Positions 37,619 to 47,736 are shown, numbered from the stretch's first letter. The stretch: DNA of 49,665 nt from an uncultured Phycisphaerales bacterium (GCA_938084645.1 CALKEP010000047.1:1-49665); one strand, 5' to 3'. Numbers and translations are program-made. The notes: generated by a model from the letters alone, not told the origin.

Positions 37619-38962
37619 ATGTCGACGAGCCCAACCACCACCAAGACCGCCGCGAATCGACACACTGCGGTGGTCGGCCTCCAATGGGGCGACGAAGGCA
37701 AGGGCAAGCTTGTCGACCTCCTGGCCGAGGAACACGACCACATCGTCCGATACAACGGCGGCGCGAACGCGGGCCACACCGTGGTGGTCGGCGACGAGCG
37801 ATACGCCCTGCACCTCGTGCCCTCCGGAATCCTGTTCCCCGGCTGCACCTGCGTGATCGGCAACGGCGTGGTCATCGACCCCGCCAAGCTCCTGGAGGAG
37901 ATCGACGGCCTGCGAAGCCGCGACATCAAGGTCGGGGACAACCTGCGGGTCTCCTCCCGCGCCCACGTCGTGATGCCGTACCACCAGTCGATGGACGGCG
38001 CCCTCGAGGAGTTTCTCGCCGGTCGATCCGCCTCGGGTGCCATCGGAACGACGCGTCGCGGCATCGGCCCCGCCTACGCCGACAAGGTCCAGCGTTCGAC
38101 CGCCATCCGCGTGGGCGACCTTCTCCGGCCTGAAGTCCTCCGACGCAAACTCGAACTGGTGTGCCCGCTGCGGGAGGCTCAGCTTCGATCGCTCGGCGTC
38201 CCGCTCGACGACGCGAAGATCGATGTCGCCGCACTGCTCGACGCGACCCTCGAACTGGGCGAACGGCTCGCCCCGCACGTCTGCGACACCACCTGGCTCC
38301 TTCACGACGCGCTCGCCGCGAACGAGCGGATCCTGTTCGAGGGCGCGAACGCCTGTCTCCTCGACGTCGATCACGGGACCTACCCCTTCGTGACCAGCTC
38401 GAACTGCTCGACGCTGGGGATCCCTGCCGGCACCGGTGTCCCGCTCGGGAACATCGATCGCGTCCTCGGGATCATGAAGGCGTATTCCACCCGGGTGGGC
38501 GGCGGCCCGTTCCCCACCGAACTCGACGATCCGATCGGCGACCGGATTCGAGAGCGCGGCCGCGAGTTCGGAACCACCACCGGACGCCCTCGTCGCTGCG
38601 GCTGGCTCGACCTCGTCGCGGTGCGATACACCGCCATGGTCTGCGGCGTGACCGGGATCGCCTGCACGCTCTTCGACGTCCTCGGCGGACTCGACGAAGT
38701 CCGGCTCTGCACCGGCTACCGGCTTCCGGACGGAACGGTCACCGACCGATTCCTTCCCGACGCGTTCGACCTCGACGGCGTCACGCCGGTCTACGAGACG
38801 CTTCCCGGCTGGGCGGATCCTCAGGATCGACCGACCGACCGGGCATCCCTTCCCGACGCGGCTCGCGCCTATCTCGACCGAGTCGAGTCATTCATCGGGG
38901 TGCCGATCGAGATCGTCGGCATCGGACCGGAACGAACTGAAGTGCTCGTCGCCTCCACATGA
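37619..38962 (+). CDS. purA: Adenylosuccinate synthetase
   Basis: QWGDEGKGK, GGANAGHT, GTTRRGIGPAY, GTYPFVTSS and TTGRPRRCGW motifs. Confidence 0.97.
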   Translation: MSTSPTTTKTAANRHTAVVGLQWGDEGKGKLVDLLAEEHDHIVRYNGGANAGHTVVVGDERYALHLVPSGILFPGCTCVIGNGVVIDPAKLLEEIDGLRSRDIKVGDNLRVSSRAHVVMPYHQSMDGALEEFLAGRSASGAIGTTRRGIGPAYADKVQRSTAIRVGDLLRPEVLRRKLELVCPLREAQLRSLGVPLDDAKIDVAALLDATLELGERLAPHVCDTTWLLHDALAANERILFEGANACLLDVDHGTYPFVTSSNCSTLGIPAGTGVPLGNIDRVLGIMKAYSTRVGGGPFPTELDDPIGDRIRERGREFGTTTGRPRRCGWLDLVAVRYTAMVCGVTGIACTLFDVLGGLDEVRLCTGYRLPDGTVTDRFLPDAFDLDGVTPVYETLPGWADPQDRPTDRASLPDAARAYLDRVESFIGVPIEIVGIGPERTEVLVAST

Positions 38963-39720
38963 CCACACCAGCCCGCATCAGCGACGCCCGTTTCAAGACG
39001 CTTCCCCGGCACGTCGCCATGATCATGGACGGCAACGGCCGCTGGGCGAACGACCGGGGACTGCCGCGCTTCGCGGGACACAAGCAGGGCGCGAAGACCG
39101 TGGACCTGGTGACCACCGAGTGCGCCCGCCTCGGGCTCGAGGCCCTCACGCTCTACTCCTTCAGCAGCGAGAACTGGAAGCGACCGGCCGAAGAGGTGGA
39201 GCTTCTGATGGCCCTCTGTCACGAACACCTCGTCGACCAACGCGACCGGATGGTCGAGAACGGCATCCGGTTCCGACGACTCGGCCGCCGCGACGGGCTT
39301 CCGGAGGAGGTCCTTCGTGAATCCGACGCCTGCGAGGCCGCCACGCGGGACTGCCGGGGCATGACCCTCTGCCTCGCCCTCAATTACGGCAGTCGGGCGG
39401 AGATCGTGGACGCCACCCGTGACCTCGCGATCGCGGTCCGCGACGGGAAGATCGAACCGGAGGCCATCGACGAAGCCGCCCTCGCGGCCCACCTGGGAAC
39501 CCGTGACCTCCCCGACCCGGACCTCCTGATCCGGACCGCCGGCGAGATGCGGATCTCGAACTTCCTGCTCTGGCAGATCAGCTACGCGGAACTGGTGGTC
39601 ACCGACGTCCTCTGGCCGGACTTCGACCTCGAGGCGCTCCACGCCGCCTTTCGCACCTTCGAAGGCCGGACCCGCCGGTTCGGGCGGGTCGATCCGCCCC
39701 CGACGGCGACCGACGATTGA
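38959..39720 (+). CDS. uppS: Undecaprenyl/polyprenyl diphosphate synthase (isoprenyl transferase)
   Basis: HVAMIMDGNGRWA, YSFSSENWKR, NYGSR and RTAGEMRISNFLLWQ motifs. Confidence 0.96.
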   Translation: MTTPARISDARFKTLPRHVAMIMDGNGRWANDRGLPRFAGHKQGAKTVDLVTTECARLGLEALTLYSFSSENWKRPAEEVELLMALCHEHLVDQRDRMVENGIRFRRLGRRDGLPEEVLRESDACEAATRDCRGMTLCLALNYGSRAEIVDATRDLAIAVRDGKIEPEAIDEAALAAHLGTRDLPDPDLLIRTAGEMRISNFLLWQISYAELVVTDVLWPDFDLEALHAAFRTFEGRTRRFGRVDPPPTATDD

Positions 39721-39731
39721 TCGCGGCCGCT

Positions 39732-39899
39732 TCAGGCGGCCCGCGTTGAAGCGGGGCGACGGGGCCGAAGGCGGCTTCGGCGACCCGGGGATCCAATGCC
39801 CTCGTCCGAGACGCCGGGATCGAAGCGGAACCCGTCGGTGTCGGAGGCATGGAGGTCTTCGGCGTGACCGATCGGGGTCTCGATGATGACGCGCCCCAT
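39732..39899 (-). CDS. Possible 55-aa small protein ending in RAA
   Basis: Mostly G/C third positions in its first two-thirds; fills an intergenic gap; no recognised homology. Confidence 0.3.
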   Translation of the reverse strand: MGRVIIETPIGHAEDLHASDTDGFRFDPGVSDEGIGSPGRRSRLRPRRPASTRAA

Positions 39900-40231
39900 C
39901 CGGCCGCGGGCCTTTTTGGCGTCGAGGCTCGGAATTCCCACTCAAGACGGGATTCACGGATCCGCGAGCCGTGAATCGCGGATCTCCTTTTGAGCCTCGG
40001 AGGTTTGTTCGGGGCCGGAATGCCGCGTACACTTGACGAGAACGGGCTTTTCCGCCGGCAGAGGTGGTGTGCGCCCCTTCTCCCACCGTCCACGGCCGGA
40101 CGGTGTCCCGGGTGATCCGGGCCTCATGATCACGACCCCAGGGATCTCCACGGACGATGCCCCAGTTCTGTTCCCCCAACCCTTCATCCGAAACCCGCCG
40201 CCTCGAGGCGATCCACCTCCGCCCCGGGTTC

Positions 40232-43200
40232 ATGCCGATCCTCACCGCGATCGTCGGCTTCGTTCTCGCATTCGGCGTTCGCGCGGCTGAGGCGCAGCAG
40301 TGCCCGCCGCCGCCGCCCATCCCGGTCAACTGGGTCCTCTGCGGCGAATGCCGTGGCGACCTCAACGGCGACGGCCTCCTCAACGCACTCGACCTCATGC
40401 TCTTCGAGGTCTACCGGGAACAGATCCCGCAGAATCCCTGCGCCGACTTCAACGACAACGGCGTCGTGGACACGTTCGACCTGCAGATCCTGACCTGCGT
40501 GATCGACGAATCGGACGGCGCCTGCGTCGCGGTGTGTGGTGATCCGCTCAATCAGAGCTGCTTCGATGCCGCCAATCCGGGCGACCCGGTCCCCGGCGGC
40601 TGTACCGACACCACCTGCTGCGCCACGGTCTGCGAGGTCGACCCGCAGTGCTGCACCGATGTCTGGGACATCACCTGCGTCGCGATCGCGACCGAGATCT
40701 GCCTGCCGGACCGCCCGGACACGCGGGTGGATGTCGGCAATGCGTTGCGGATCCACGAATACGCCCAGCCCTTCGGCTCGGGAAGCGGGCTGCCCAACGA
40801 CTGCCTCACCGCCCATCCGACGCCGGGTTGCGCCGATGGTCGCTGCATCGATCTCGTCTGCGTCGCCGACCCCGCCTGCTGCACGGCCGGCTGGGACGAC
40901 GCCTGTGTCGCCCTCGCGAAGATCCACTGCCAATCGCCCTGCACCAGTCCGAGGATCCAGGAGGAGGTCTGCATCCTCCGACCCGAGTGCTGCGACAGCG
41001 GCCTCTGGGACGAAGCCTGCACGCAGTTCGCGACCCTCTGGCTCACCCAGGGGAACGCCGTCGCCTTCGACGTGCGGCCGCGAGCCTTCCTCCTCAGTCC
41101 GATCCCCGAACCGACGCCGAAGAACCCCCTGCCCTTCCAGGCCGAGCTCGACCGTTTCCGGATCCTGCTCTGCCAGATCGACCCGACCTATTGCGCTCCG
41201 GCCGGTGACCTCGCCTTCTTCCAGGACATCCAGATCGCCCTGGCGACGATCGCGGTCAACTACCCCGACTGTGTCGACCAGTTCCTCGGCGACGAATGGG
41301 ACGCCGGTTGCGCCCAGGTCGCCGCCCGACTCACCCGACGACCCGTTCCCGGAAACGTCGGACTCGGCCCTTGCCTTCGCCCCCACGGTGGCCTCGGCTG
41401 CGCCGACGCGTACTGCTCCGAACTGGTGTGCAATCTCGACCCGACCTGCTGCTCGCTCGAGTGGGACGCCGACTGCGTCCGACTCGCCGGCCGTCAGTGC
41501 GAGCTGGTTCCGAGTCGCGATCTCGCGTTCGGCGACGTCGGAACCATCGGAGCGGTATCCACCGGCGTGGCCCCGATCGAATGCGGCGCCGACGGCGTCG
41601 GCAGCTGCTGCTACCAGAGCAACACCCCGTACTGCAGTGAAGCGGAATGCTGCCAGCTCGTCTGCGGCTACGACGCCTACTGCTGCGACGTCCGATGGGA
41701 TGAACTCTGTGCGACCCTCGCGACGGCGGGCTGCGAAACCCTTTCCGAAGTGTGCAGTTGCGGACCGAAGACGATCGTGTTCGGGCCGTTCGATCGTTCG
41801 TGCTTCACCCCGCGCGACCCGTTCGCCCAGTATCCAGCGGGCTGCGCCGATGCCGGCTGCTGCAACACCGTCTGCGTCGTCGATCCGTTCTGCTGCGAGG
41901 TGCTCTGGGATCAGGTCTGCGCCGACGGCGCCGAAACCCTCTGCGCCCAGGTCTTCCCGGAATGCGGCGAGATCCTCGCCGGAAGCTGCTACGTCCCCCG
42001 CGAGAATCCCTACTGCGATGACGAGTCCTGCTGCGAGAGCGTCTGCGTGGTGGAACCCTTCTGCTGCAACGAGGCCTGGGACGAGGACTGCGTGCAACTC
42101 GCCAGCGAAGTCTGCACCGAATGCGGCGACGCCTACTCCGGCTCCTGCCTCGCCCCGCATCCCGGCCCCGCCTGCTCCGACGAGGACTGCTGCGAGGCGG
42201 TCTGCGACGTCGATCCGTTCTGCTGCCTGGCGGCCTGGGACGGATCCTGCGTCGCCGCGGCGGCGTTCTTCCCCGCGCTGTGCGACCGGTCGCTCTCCTG
42301 CGGCGACGCGTCCGCCCGCAACTGCTTCGTCTCGAGCCCCGACCCGGGCTGCAGCGACGACGCCTGCTGCAAGAGCGTGTGCGAGGACTACGACCCCTGG
42401 TGCTGCGAGGTCCGATGGGATTCGATGTGCGCAGCCCAGGCCTTCACCGTCTGCGACATCCCCTTCATCGTGAACGCCCGCGAGCCGTGTGACGAGTTCC
42501 ACCTCACGCCGGCCTGCAACGACCCCGAATGCTCGGCCGCGGTCTGCTCGATCCCCGGCCTCGAATTCTGCTGCACGCAGCGATGGGACACCGCGTGCGT
42601 CGACGCCGCGGCCACGGTCTGCGTCGGCCTCTACGAGTGCCCCGGCGTCGGCGACTGCCAGAGGTCGAAGGCCACGCCGATGTGCGACGACGCCGCCTGC
42701 TGCAACGTGGTCTGCACCATCGACCCGACCTGCTGCACCGTCCAGTGGGACAACAGTTGCGCCGTGCTCGGCATCAGCCTCTGCGTCGTTCCCAGTTCCA
42801 CGCCGAGCGGGGACGACTGGCAGTGCCCCTGCGAGGGCAGCTGCTTCGAAGCCCGGCCCGAAGACGACCCGAAGCCCGGTTGCGACGACGCCAGCTGCTG
42901 TGCCGCAATCTGCAACGTCGACGAACTCTGCTGCACCGTGAACTGGGACGCCGAGTGCGTCGTCCTCGCCGAGTTCTACTGCGGAAGCGGACTCCAGTGC
43001 GGTTCGTTCAGCACCGGATCATGCCTCCAGTCCTCGGAGACCCCGTTCTGCGACGACTCCGTCTGCTGCCAGGCGGTGTGTGCGATCGATCCGAGCTGCT
43101 GCGTGAACACGTGGGATTCGTTCTGCGTGGCCACCGCGTTCGACCGCTGCCGACGCGGCTGCGGTGTGGAGACCGCGGGTTCCTGCTTCTCACCCCACCT

Positions 43201-44041
43201 GTCACCCGGCTGCAGCGACGGTGAATGCTGCGTCGAGGTCTGCGACGCCGATCCCCTGTGCTGCACCCTCGTCTGGGACAGTGTCTGTGCGGAAGCGGCG
43301 CTCGTCGCGTGCGAGGCGCCGGAGTGCGGCGATTTCCCGGCCGGCGACTGCTGCCTGCCCAACGGAACGCCCAGTTGCAACGACAAGCGATGCTGCGACG
43401 ACGTCTGCGTCGACGACCCGTTCTGCTGCGACGTCACCTGGGATCTGGGATGCGTCCAGCTCGCCCGCCAGAGCACCCGCTGCGACTGCGGCGCGAACTG
43501 GGATTGCGGCGACCCCTGTGCCGGCGACTGCTGCCTGCCCAACGGAACGCCGAAGTGCGACGACGAGGACTGCTGCGACGCGGTCTGCCTCGAGGACTCC
43601 TTCTGCTGTGACGTCACCTGGGACCTCGTCTGCGCGAACATGGCCCGAAGCAACCCCGACTGCACCGGCCCCGAGGACGCCTGCCCCGTGCCGGTCTGCG
43701 GTGACGCCGATGCCGGCGACTGCTGCTTCCCCAACGGCACCCACGCCTGCAGCGACGCGGATTGCTGCGAGGACGTCTGCGACATCGACCCGGCGTGCTG
43801 CGACGTCGCCTGGGATTCGATCTGTGCCCAGATCGCCTCGGAGACCTGCGAGGATCTCTGCAACTCGGATCTCGCCTGCGGATCCGACGAGACGCTTCCC
43901 TGCAACGTTCCCCACGAGGGGCCGTTCTGCAGCGACGAAGCATGCTGCGATCAGGTCTGCCTCTTCGAACCGTTCTGCTGCCTCGGTGACTGGGACGAGT
44001 TCTGCGTGCTGCTCGCCGACACCTATTGCAACCTGAACTGA
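40232..44041 (+). CDS. Giant secreted Cys-rich repeat protein with an N-terminal dockerin/EF-hand-like domain
   Basis: Signal peptide ending AEA; GDLNGDGLLNALD and ADFNDNGVVDTFD Ca-binding loops; about 19 modules C.D..CC..VC..DP.CC...WD..C. Alternative start at 40157. Confidence 0.85.
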   Translation: MPILTAIVGFVLAFGVRAAEAQQCPPPPPIPVNWVLCGECRGDLNGDGLLNALDLMLFEVYREQIPQNPCADFNDNGVVDTFDLQILTCVIDESDGACVAVCGDPLNQSCFDAANPGDPVPGGCTDTTCCATVCEVDPQCCTDVWDITCVAIATEICLPDRPDTRVDVGNALRIHEYAQPFGSGSGLPNDCLTAHPTPGCADGRCIDLVCVADPACCTAGWDDACVALAKIHCQSPCTSPRIQEEVCILRPECCDSGLWDEACTQFATLWLTQGNAVAFDVRPRAFLLSPIPEPTPKNPLPFQAELDRFRILLCQIDPTYCAPAGDLAFFQDIQIALATIAVNYPDCVDQFLGDEWDAGCAQVAARLTRRPVPGNVGLGPCLRPHGGLGCADAYCSELVCNLDPTCCSLEWDADCVRLAGRQCELVPSRDLAFGDVGTIGAVSTGVAPIECGADGVGSCCYQSNTPYCSEAECCQLVCGYDAYCCDVRWDELCATLATAGCETLSEVCSCGPKTIVFGPFDRSCFTPRDPFAQYPAGCADAGCCNTVCVVDPFCCEVLWDQVCADGAETLCAQVFPECGEILAGSCYVPRENPYCDDESCCESVCVVEPFCCNEAWDEDCVQLASEVCTECGDAYSGSCLAPHPGPACSDEDCCEAVCDVDPFCCLAAWDGSCVAAAAFFPALCDRSLSCGDASARNCFVSSPDPGCSDDACCKSVCEDYDPWCCEVRWDSMCAAQAFTVCDIPFIVNAREPCDEFHLTPACNDPECSAAVCSIPGLEFCCTQRWDTACVDAAATVCVGLYECPGVGDCQRSKATPMCDDAACCNVVCTIDPTCCTVQWDNSCAVLGISLCVVPSSTPSGDDWQCPCEGSCFEARPEDDPKPGCDDASCCAAICNVDELCCTVNWDAECVVLAEFYCGSGLQCGSFSTGSCLQSSETPFCDDSVCCQAVCAIDPSCCVNTWDSFCVATAFDRCRRGCGVETAGSCFSPHLSPGCSDGECCVEVCDADPLCCTLVWDSVCAEAALVACEAPECGDFPAGDCCLPNGTPSCNDKRCCDDVCVDDPFCCDVTWDLGCVQLARQSTRCDCGANWDCGDPCAGDCCLPNGTPKCDDEDCCDAVCLEDSFCCDVTWDLVCANMARSNPDCTGPEDACPVPVCGDADAGDCCFPNGTHACSDADCCEDVCDIDPACCDVAWDSICAQIASETCEDLCNSDLACGSDETLPCNVPHEGPFCSDEACCDQVCLFEPFCCLGDWDEFCVLLADTYCNLN
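43321..43680 (+). repeat. 180-bp tandem duplication within the Cys-rich gene
   Basis: gccggcgactgctgcctgcccaacggaacgcc is identical at 43340 and 43520; ttctgctg[c/t]gacgtcacctggga occurs at 43421 and 43601. Confidence 0.8.
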
Positions 44042-44112
44042 CCGGCCGGGACGAGCGGATCACCAGAACCCGCGTGCCCCACGAACCCGCCCCGGAAGAT
44101 CGTCCTCGACGT

Positions 44113-44141
44113 CAAGGCCCGCCCTCCCGGGGCGGGCCTTG
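44113..44141. terminator. GC-rich hairpin between convergent genes
   Basis: caaggcccgccc / gggcgggccttg 12-bp stem; no clear U-tract. Confidence 0.5.
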
Positions 44142-44177
44142 CCTTGCGTTCATCAGGGGATTCGCGGGGCCTCGTCG

Positions 44178-45779
44178 TCAGTCCGCCGCGCGACGAATGA
44201 CCAGCACGGTCAGGTCGTCGTCGAAATGATCGCGCTCGCACCAGTCGACGAGGTCCGCGAGGATCGCGGCGGGATCGGCGCCATGGGCGTCGATGGACGC
44301 CTCGATGCGTTCGAGCCCGTAGCGATCGCCATCGCGACTGGATGACGGTTCCTCGGCCAGACCATCGCTGAAGAGGATCAGCGCCTCACCCGGTTGCAAC
44401 GTGGCCTTCGAGGCCTCGGCGGGGAACGCGTCGATTCCGAGCGGGGGTCGCCGGGCACCGACCAGCGGCGAGATCGAGCCATCGGCATGCTGCACCAGGG
44501 CGAGCCCGTGCCCCGCATCGACGAATTCGACGCCACCGTCCGCATCGAGCCGGCCACACCAGAGCGTGATGAAGCACGCTTCCGGAATGGTCCGGACCGC
44601 CCAGGCGTCGAGTCGCTCGACGATCTCGGCCGGCGCGAGGCCTGATTCCGCGAGAGTGTCGGCGCAGGCCTGGGTGCCCGCCATGACCATGCCGGCCCGG
44701 GCGCCCTTCCCGCTCACGTCCCCGAGGACCACGTGGAGGCCGTCGCCGTTTCGCCGCACATCGACAAGGTCACCCGCGACGGTGCGACCCGGGATCGCGA
44801 CGACCTGCCACGAGAGATCCCCGAGCGAGCCGGACTCGCTCGGCAGGAGAACCTCCTGGACCGCACGGGCCGCGTTCATCTCCGCCACCATCTGCGCCCG
44901 CTCGGATTCCGCGACCCGCCCCTGCTGCATCCGCATGGAGACCGAACAGAGCTCGGCGATGGCGTCGAACCAGGCGACCAACTCGTCGTCGGCGATGCCC
45001 ATGCGGCAATCGGCGTAGACCGCGAGCCGGACGCCCTCCTCGGTCGTTCCGACGTCGATGCACCGACACAATGCTTCACGCACCCCCGCGAGCACGAAAC
45101 TCTGCGCCTGATCGACGTCGGGATGTTCCTCGAGCCGGACCGTTCGTCCGGATTCGATCGAGGCCTTGAGCAGCGTCGCGGAGAACGGACGCGGGCTGGT
45201 CTCCTCGGACCGTTCCGACGACCGGATCGCGACCGCCCGCGTGACCTCGTCCTCGATCCGCAGGATCATCGCACGATCGAGTTCGCAACCGTCGAGCAGG
45301 CATTCGAGCAGAGCGCCGAAGATCTCCTCCTCGCCGGTCCGGGTCGAGGCCCGTCGCACGGCGCTCACCAGGCCGTCGAAGCGATCTCGCAACTGTGGAT
45401 CGGACACCGCTTCGGCGATCGAGCCGCCGACGTCGCGGTCATCCAGCACGACGCCGGCCGTCGCCTCCCGACCGAGCACCAGCAGGCTCCATGGATTGAT
45501 TTCGAGGAGATCCCCTTCGACGATCGCCGTGATCTCACCCGGGGCGAGTCGCCGCCCGTTCACCCAGGTTCCCCGTGTGGAATGGAGATCCTCGATCGAC
45601 CAGCCGCCGTCCTCTCCCGGACGCAGCGACGCGTGCCGACGCGAGATGCCGGGGTCGAGCAGGAGCACGTCCACGTCCCGGCTGCGACCGAAGATCGCCG
45701 GGGCGGTGAATTCACGGATCTCCTCTTCAAGACCGGTGGCTTCCGCGTTTCGAATTCGAAGTCGGAGGGGCGTCGTCAC
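44178..45779 (-). CDS. FHA + GAF-like + SpoIIE/PP2C Ser/Thr phosphatase
   Basis: FHA motifs GRS, ISRRHA and DLHSTRGTWVNG; PP2C motifs GDLVD, GDVSGKG, FSDGL and DDLT. Confidence 0.9.
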   Translation of the reverse strand: MTTPLRLRIRNAEATGLEEEIREFTAPAIFGRSRDVDVLLLDPGISRRHASLRPGEDGGWSIEDLHSTRGTWVNGRRLAPGEITAIVEGDLLEINPWSLLVLGREATAGVVLDDRDVGGSIAEAVSDPQLRDRFDGLVSAVRRASTRTGEEEIFGALLECLLDGCELDRAMILRIEDEVTRAVAIRSSERSEETSPRPFSATLLKASIESGRTVRLEEHPDVDQAQSFVLAGVREALCRCIDVGTTEEGVRLAVYADCRMGIADDELVAWFDAIAELCSVSMRMQQGRVAESERAQMVAEMNAARAVQEVLLPSESGSLGDLSWQVVAIPGRTVAGDLVDVRRNGDGLHVVLGDVSGKGARAGMVMAGTQACADTLAESGLAPAEIVERLDAWAVRTIPEACFITLWCGRLDADGGVEFVDAGHGLALVQHADGSISPLVGARRPPLGIDAFPAEASKATLQPGEALILFSDGLAEEPSSSRDGDRYGLERIEASIDAHGADPAAILADLVDWCERDHFDDDLTVLVIRRAAD

Positions 45780-45803
45780 GACTGCAGCCTACCGAGGACT
45801 CGT

Positions 45804-47624
45804 TCACGATGGGTCGAGCGTGATTCCAGTCTCGACCGACCAGAGACCGAGATTCGCCAATGGCCAGGCCTGCAGCGGATGGGCCGCCGGATCCTCGCAC
45901 AGCGCCGACGACACCTCGGGGCGGACCAGGGGACGAATCGCGTCCGAGACCGCGGGTTCGGCGAGCATCGACGCCGCCCACGGCGCGAACGGCGTGGGGA
46001 AACTCGCCTTCGGCCGCGCGACGATCTCGGCCGGCAGTTCCTTCGCAAAGGCGCGTCGCAGCACCGTCTTGGTTCGGTAGGTCCCATCCGCTTCCGGACC
46101 GAAGAGATCCGCGGTGTCGACCCGGGCGACCGCCTCGGCGAATCGTCGGTCCGCGAACGGCGGCCTCGCCTCGACCGAGGCCAGCATGCAGGCGGCATTG
46201 AGCCGCCCGAGGAGGCCGGGGAGATTCACGGTCTGAAGCCAGTGCAGATACGACCTCGGCTCGGCGGCACTCCCACCCGAATCGATCGCCGACCCCAGTT
46301 CGCCGATCAGGGCCGCGTCGTGACCGATCGCGTCCGCCCATCGATCGACCAGCACCGTGGACTTCGCACCGGGGGTGATCCACGAGGCCGATTCGAGCAG
46401 CGTGGCCGCGGCGACTTCCGGCCCCGGATCGGCACCCGCGATCTGCTCGACGAGCCGGAGGATCGGTTCATAGCCACCGAGGATCTCGTCCGCGCCTTCG
46501 CCACCGATGGCGACCTTGACGCCGGCGGTCGAGACCGCCTCCGCGAGCGCGTTGATCGCGATCTCGTTCGGCGTACCGAGTGGCACGCCCATCGATCGCA
46601 CCATCCGGCGCCACCGCGCGATCGGCGTTTCCGTCGCCTCCGCGACCGCGACGTCGACCTGATCGGTTCGGAGCCGTCTCGCCATCATCGCGGCGGCCTC
46701 GCGGTCGGGATCGGCGGTACCGTCGCCTCCGAGCGCCGTGAAGGTGCGAAGCGGATCGACCCGGGCCTTCATCAGGGTCGTGAGCACGGCACTGTCGATG
46801 CCGCCCGACAGGAGTCCGCAGCGTTCCACGTCGCTCTGGAGATGCGCCTCGAGCGTCTCGATCACCGCATTCCGGACCAGGTCATCGGCGGCGTCACCCG
46901 TGACGTCACCGGTCGCCTCCGGCGGCGTCCACCAGCATCGATCGTGGACCCGGGGTCGGGATTCGCGGCAGTCGATCGTGACCAGACCACCCGGACGCAC
47001 GGTCCGCACCCCGTCCACCATGGTGCGGTCGCCAAGGGTGATCCGGATCGTCGAGAGGTACCCCGACAGGGTGATCGGATCCACGCGTCGCACGAATCCG
47101 GGATGCTCGAGGATCGGCGTCATCTCGCTCGCGAAGACGATCTCGTCGCCGTGCGCGGGAATCGAGGTCCACATCAGCGGAACCACCCCGAAGGGATCGC
47201 GGGCGAGCCGAAGCGTCCGCTCCCGCGGCCGGTACCAGCCGATCGCGAACATCCCGCGGAATCGATCGAGCGCGTCCTCGCCCCAGTGATGCACCGCCGC
47301 CGCCGCGGTCTCCGCGTCGCAGTTCGTGGAGAACGCGACGCCCTCCCGTTCGAGGTCCACGCGAAGCGCCCGGTGATTCAGCAGTTCGCCGTTGAAGACG
47401 ACCACTGTGACGTGGTCGCCGGTGCCCCGTACGAACGGCTCCCGCCCGTGCTGCGGATCCATGATGGCGAGCCGCCGATGTCCGATCCACGCGACGTCGT
47501 CCGACCAGTCCCCGCTTCCATCGGGCCCGCGATGGCGGAGCCGATCGCGCATCCGTGCCCGCGTCGCCTCGTCGGCCGAGGGGGCCCGATCCGCACACGC
47601 GATGATTCCGGTGATGCCGCACAT
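45804..47624 (-). CDS. asnB: Asparagine synthase (glutamine-hydrolysing) family amidotransferase
   Basis: MCGI N-terminal nucleophile, HRGPD, HRRLAI, FNGE, RD.FG, LSGGIDS and GEGADE motifs. Confidence 0.9.
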   Translation of the reverse strand: MCGITGIIACADRAPSADEATRARMRDRLRHRGPDGSGDWSDDVAWIGHRRLAIMDPQHGREPFVRGTGDHVTVVVFNGELLNHRALRVDLEREGVAFSTNCDAETAAAAVHHWGEDALDRFRGMFAIGWYRPRERTLRLARDPFGVVPLMWTSIPAHGDEIVFASEMTPILEHPGFVRRVDPITLSGYLSTIRITLGDRTMVDGVRTVRPGGLVTIDCRESRPRVHDRCWWTPPEATGDVTGDAADDLVRNAVIETLEAHLQSDVERCGLLSGGIDSAVLTTLMKARVDPLRTFTALGGDGTADPDREAAAMMARRLRTDQVDVAVAEATETPIARWRRMVRSMGVPLGTPNEIAINALAEAVSTAGVKVAIGGEGADEILGGYEPILRLVEQIAGADPGPEVAAATLLESASWITPGAKSTVLVDRWADAIGHDAALIGELGSAIDSGGSAAEPRSYLHWLQTVNLPGLLGRLNAACMLASVEARPPFADRRFAEAVARVDTADLFGPEADGTYRTKTVLRRAFAKELPAEIVARPKASFPTPFAPWAASMLAEPAVSDAIRPLVRPEVSSALCEDPAAHPLQAWPLANLGLWSVETGITLDPS

Positions 47625-47736
47625 GTCGCCGACTCCGACGGGGACCATGACTGAAGAACTGAATCACGCGGTCGGAACCGCTACCGAGGCTTGTGATCTT
47701 CGGCCCGCGCGTCCTCCCCGCTGGAGAACCGGGCGA

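Noticed and set aside
40500..44041. Periodic DNA repeats that might suggest a CRISPR array or a DGR template
   Set aside because: They are in-frame, degenerate protein-module repeats with no unique spacers, and no cas or reverse transcriptase genes are present.
45804..47624. AsnB as a lasso-peptide cyclase or RiPP maturase acting on the Cys-rich protein
   Set aside because: It retains a full N-terminal Cys GATase domain, and no B1/B2 proteins or precursor peptide are nearby.
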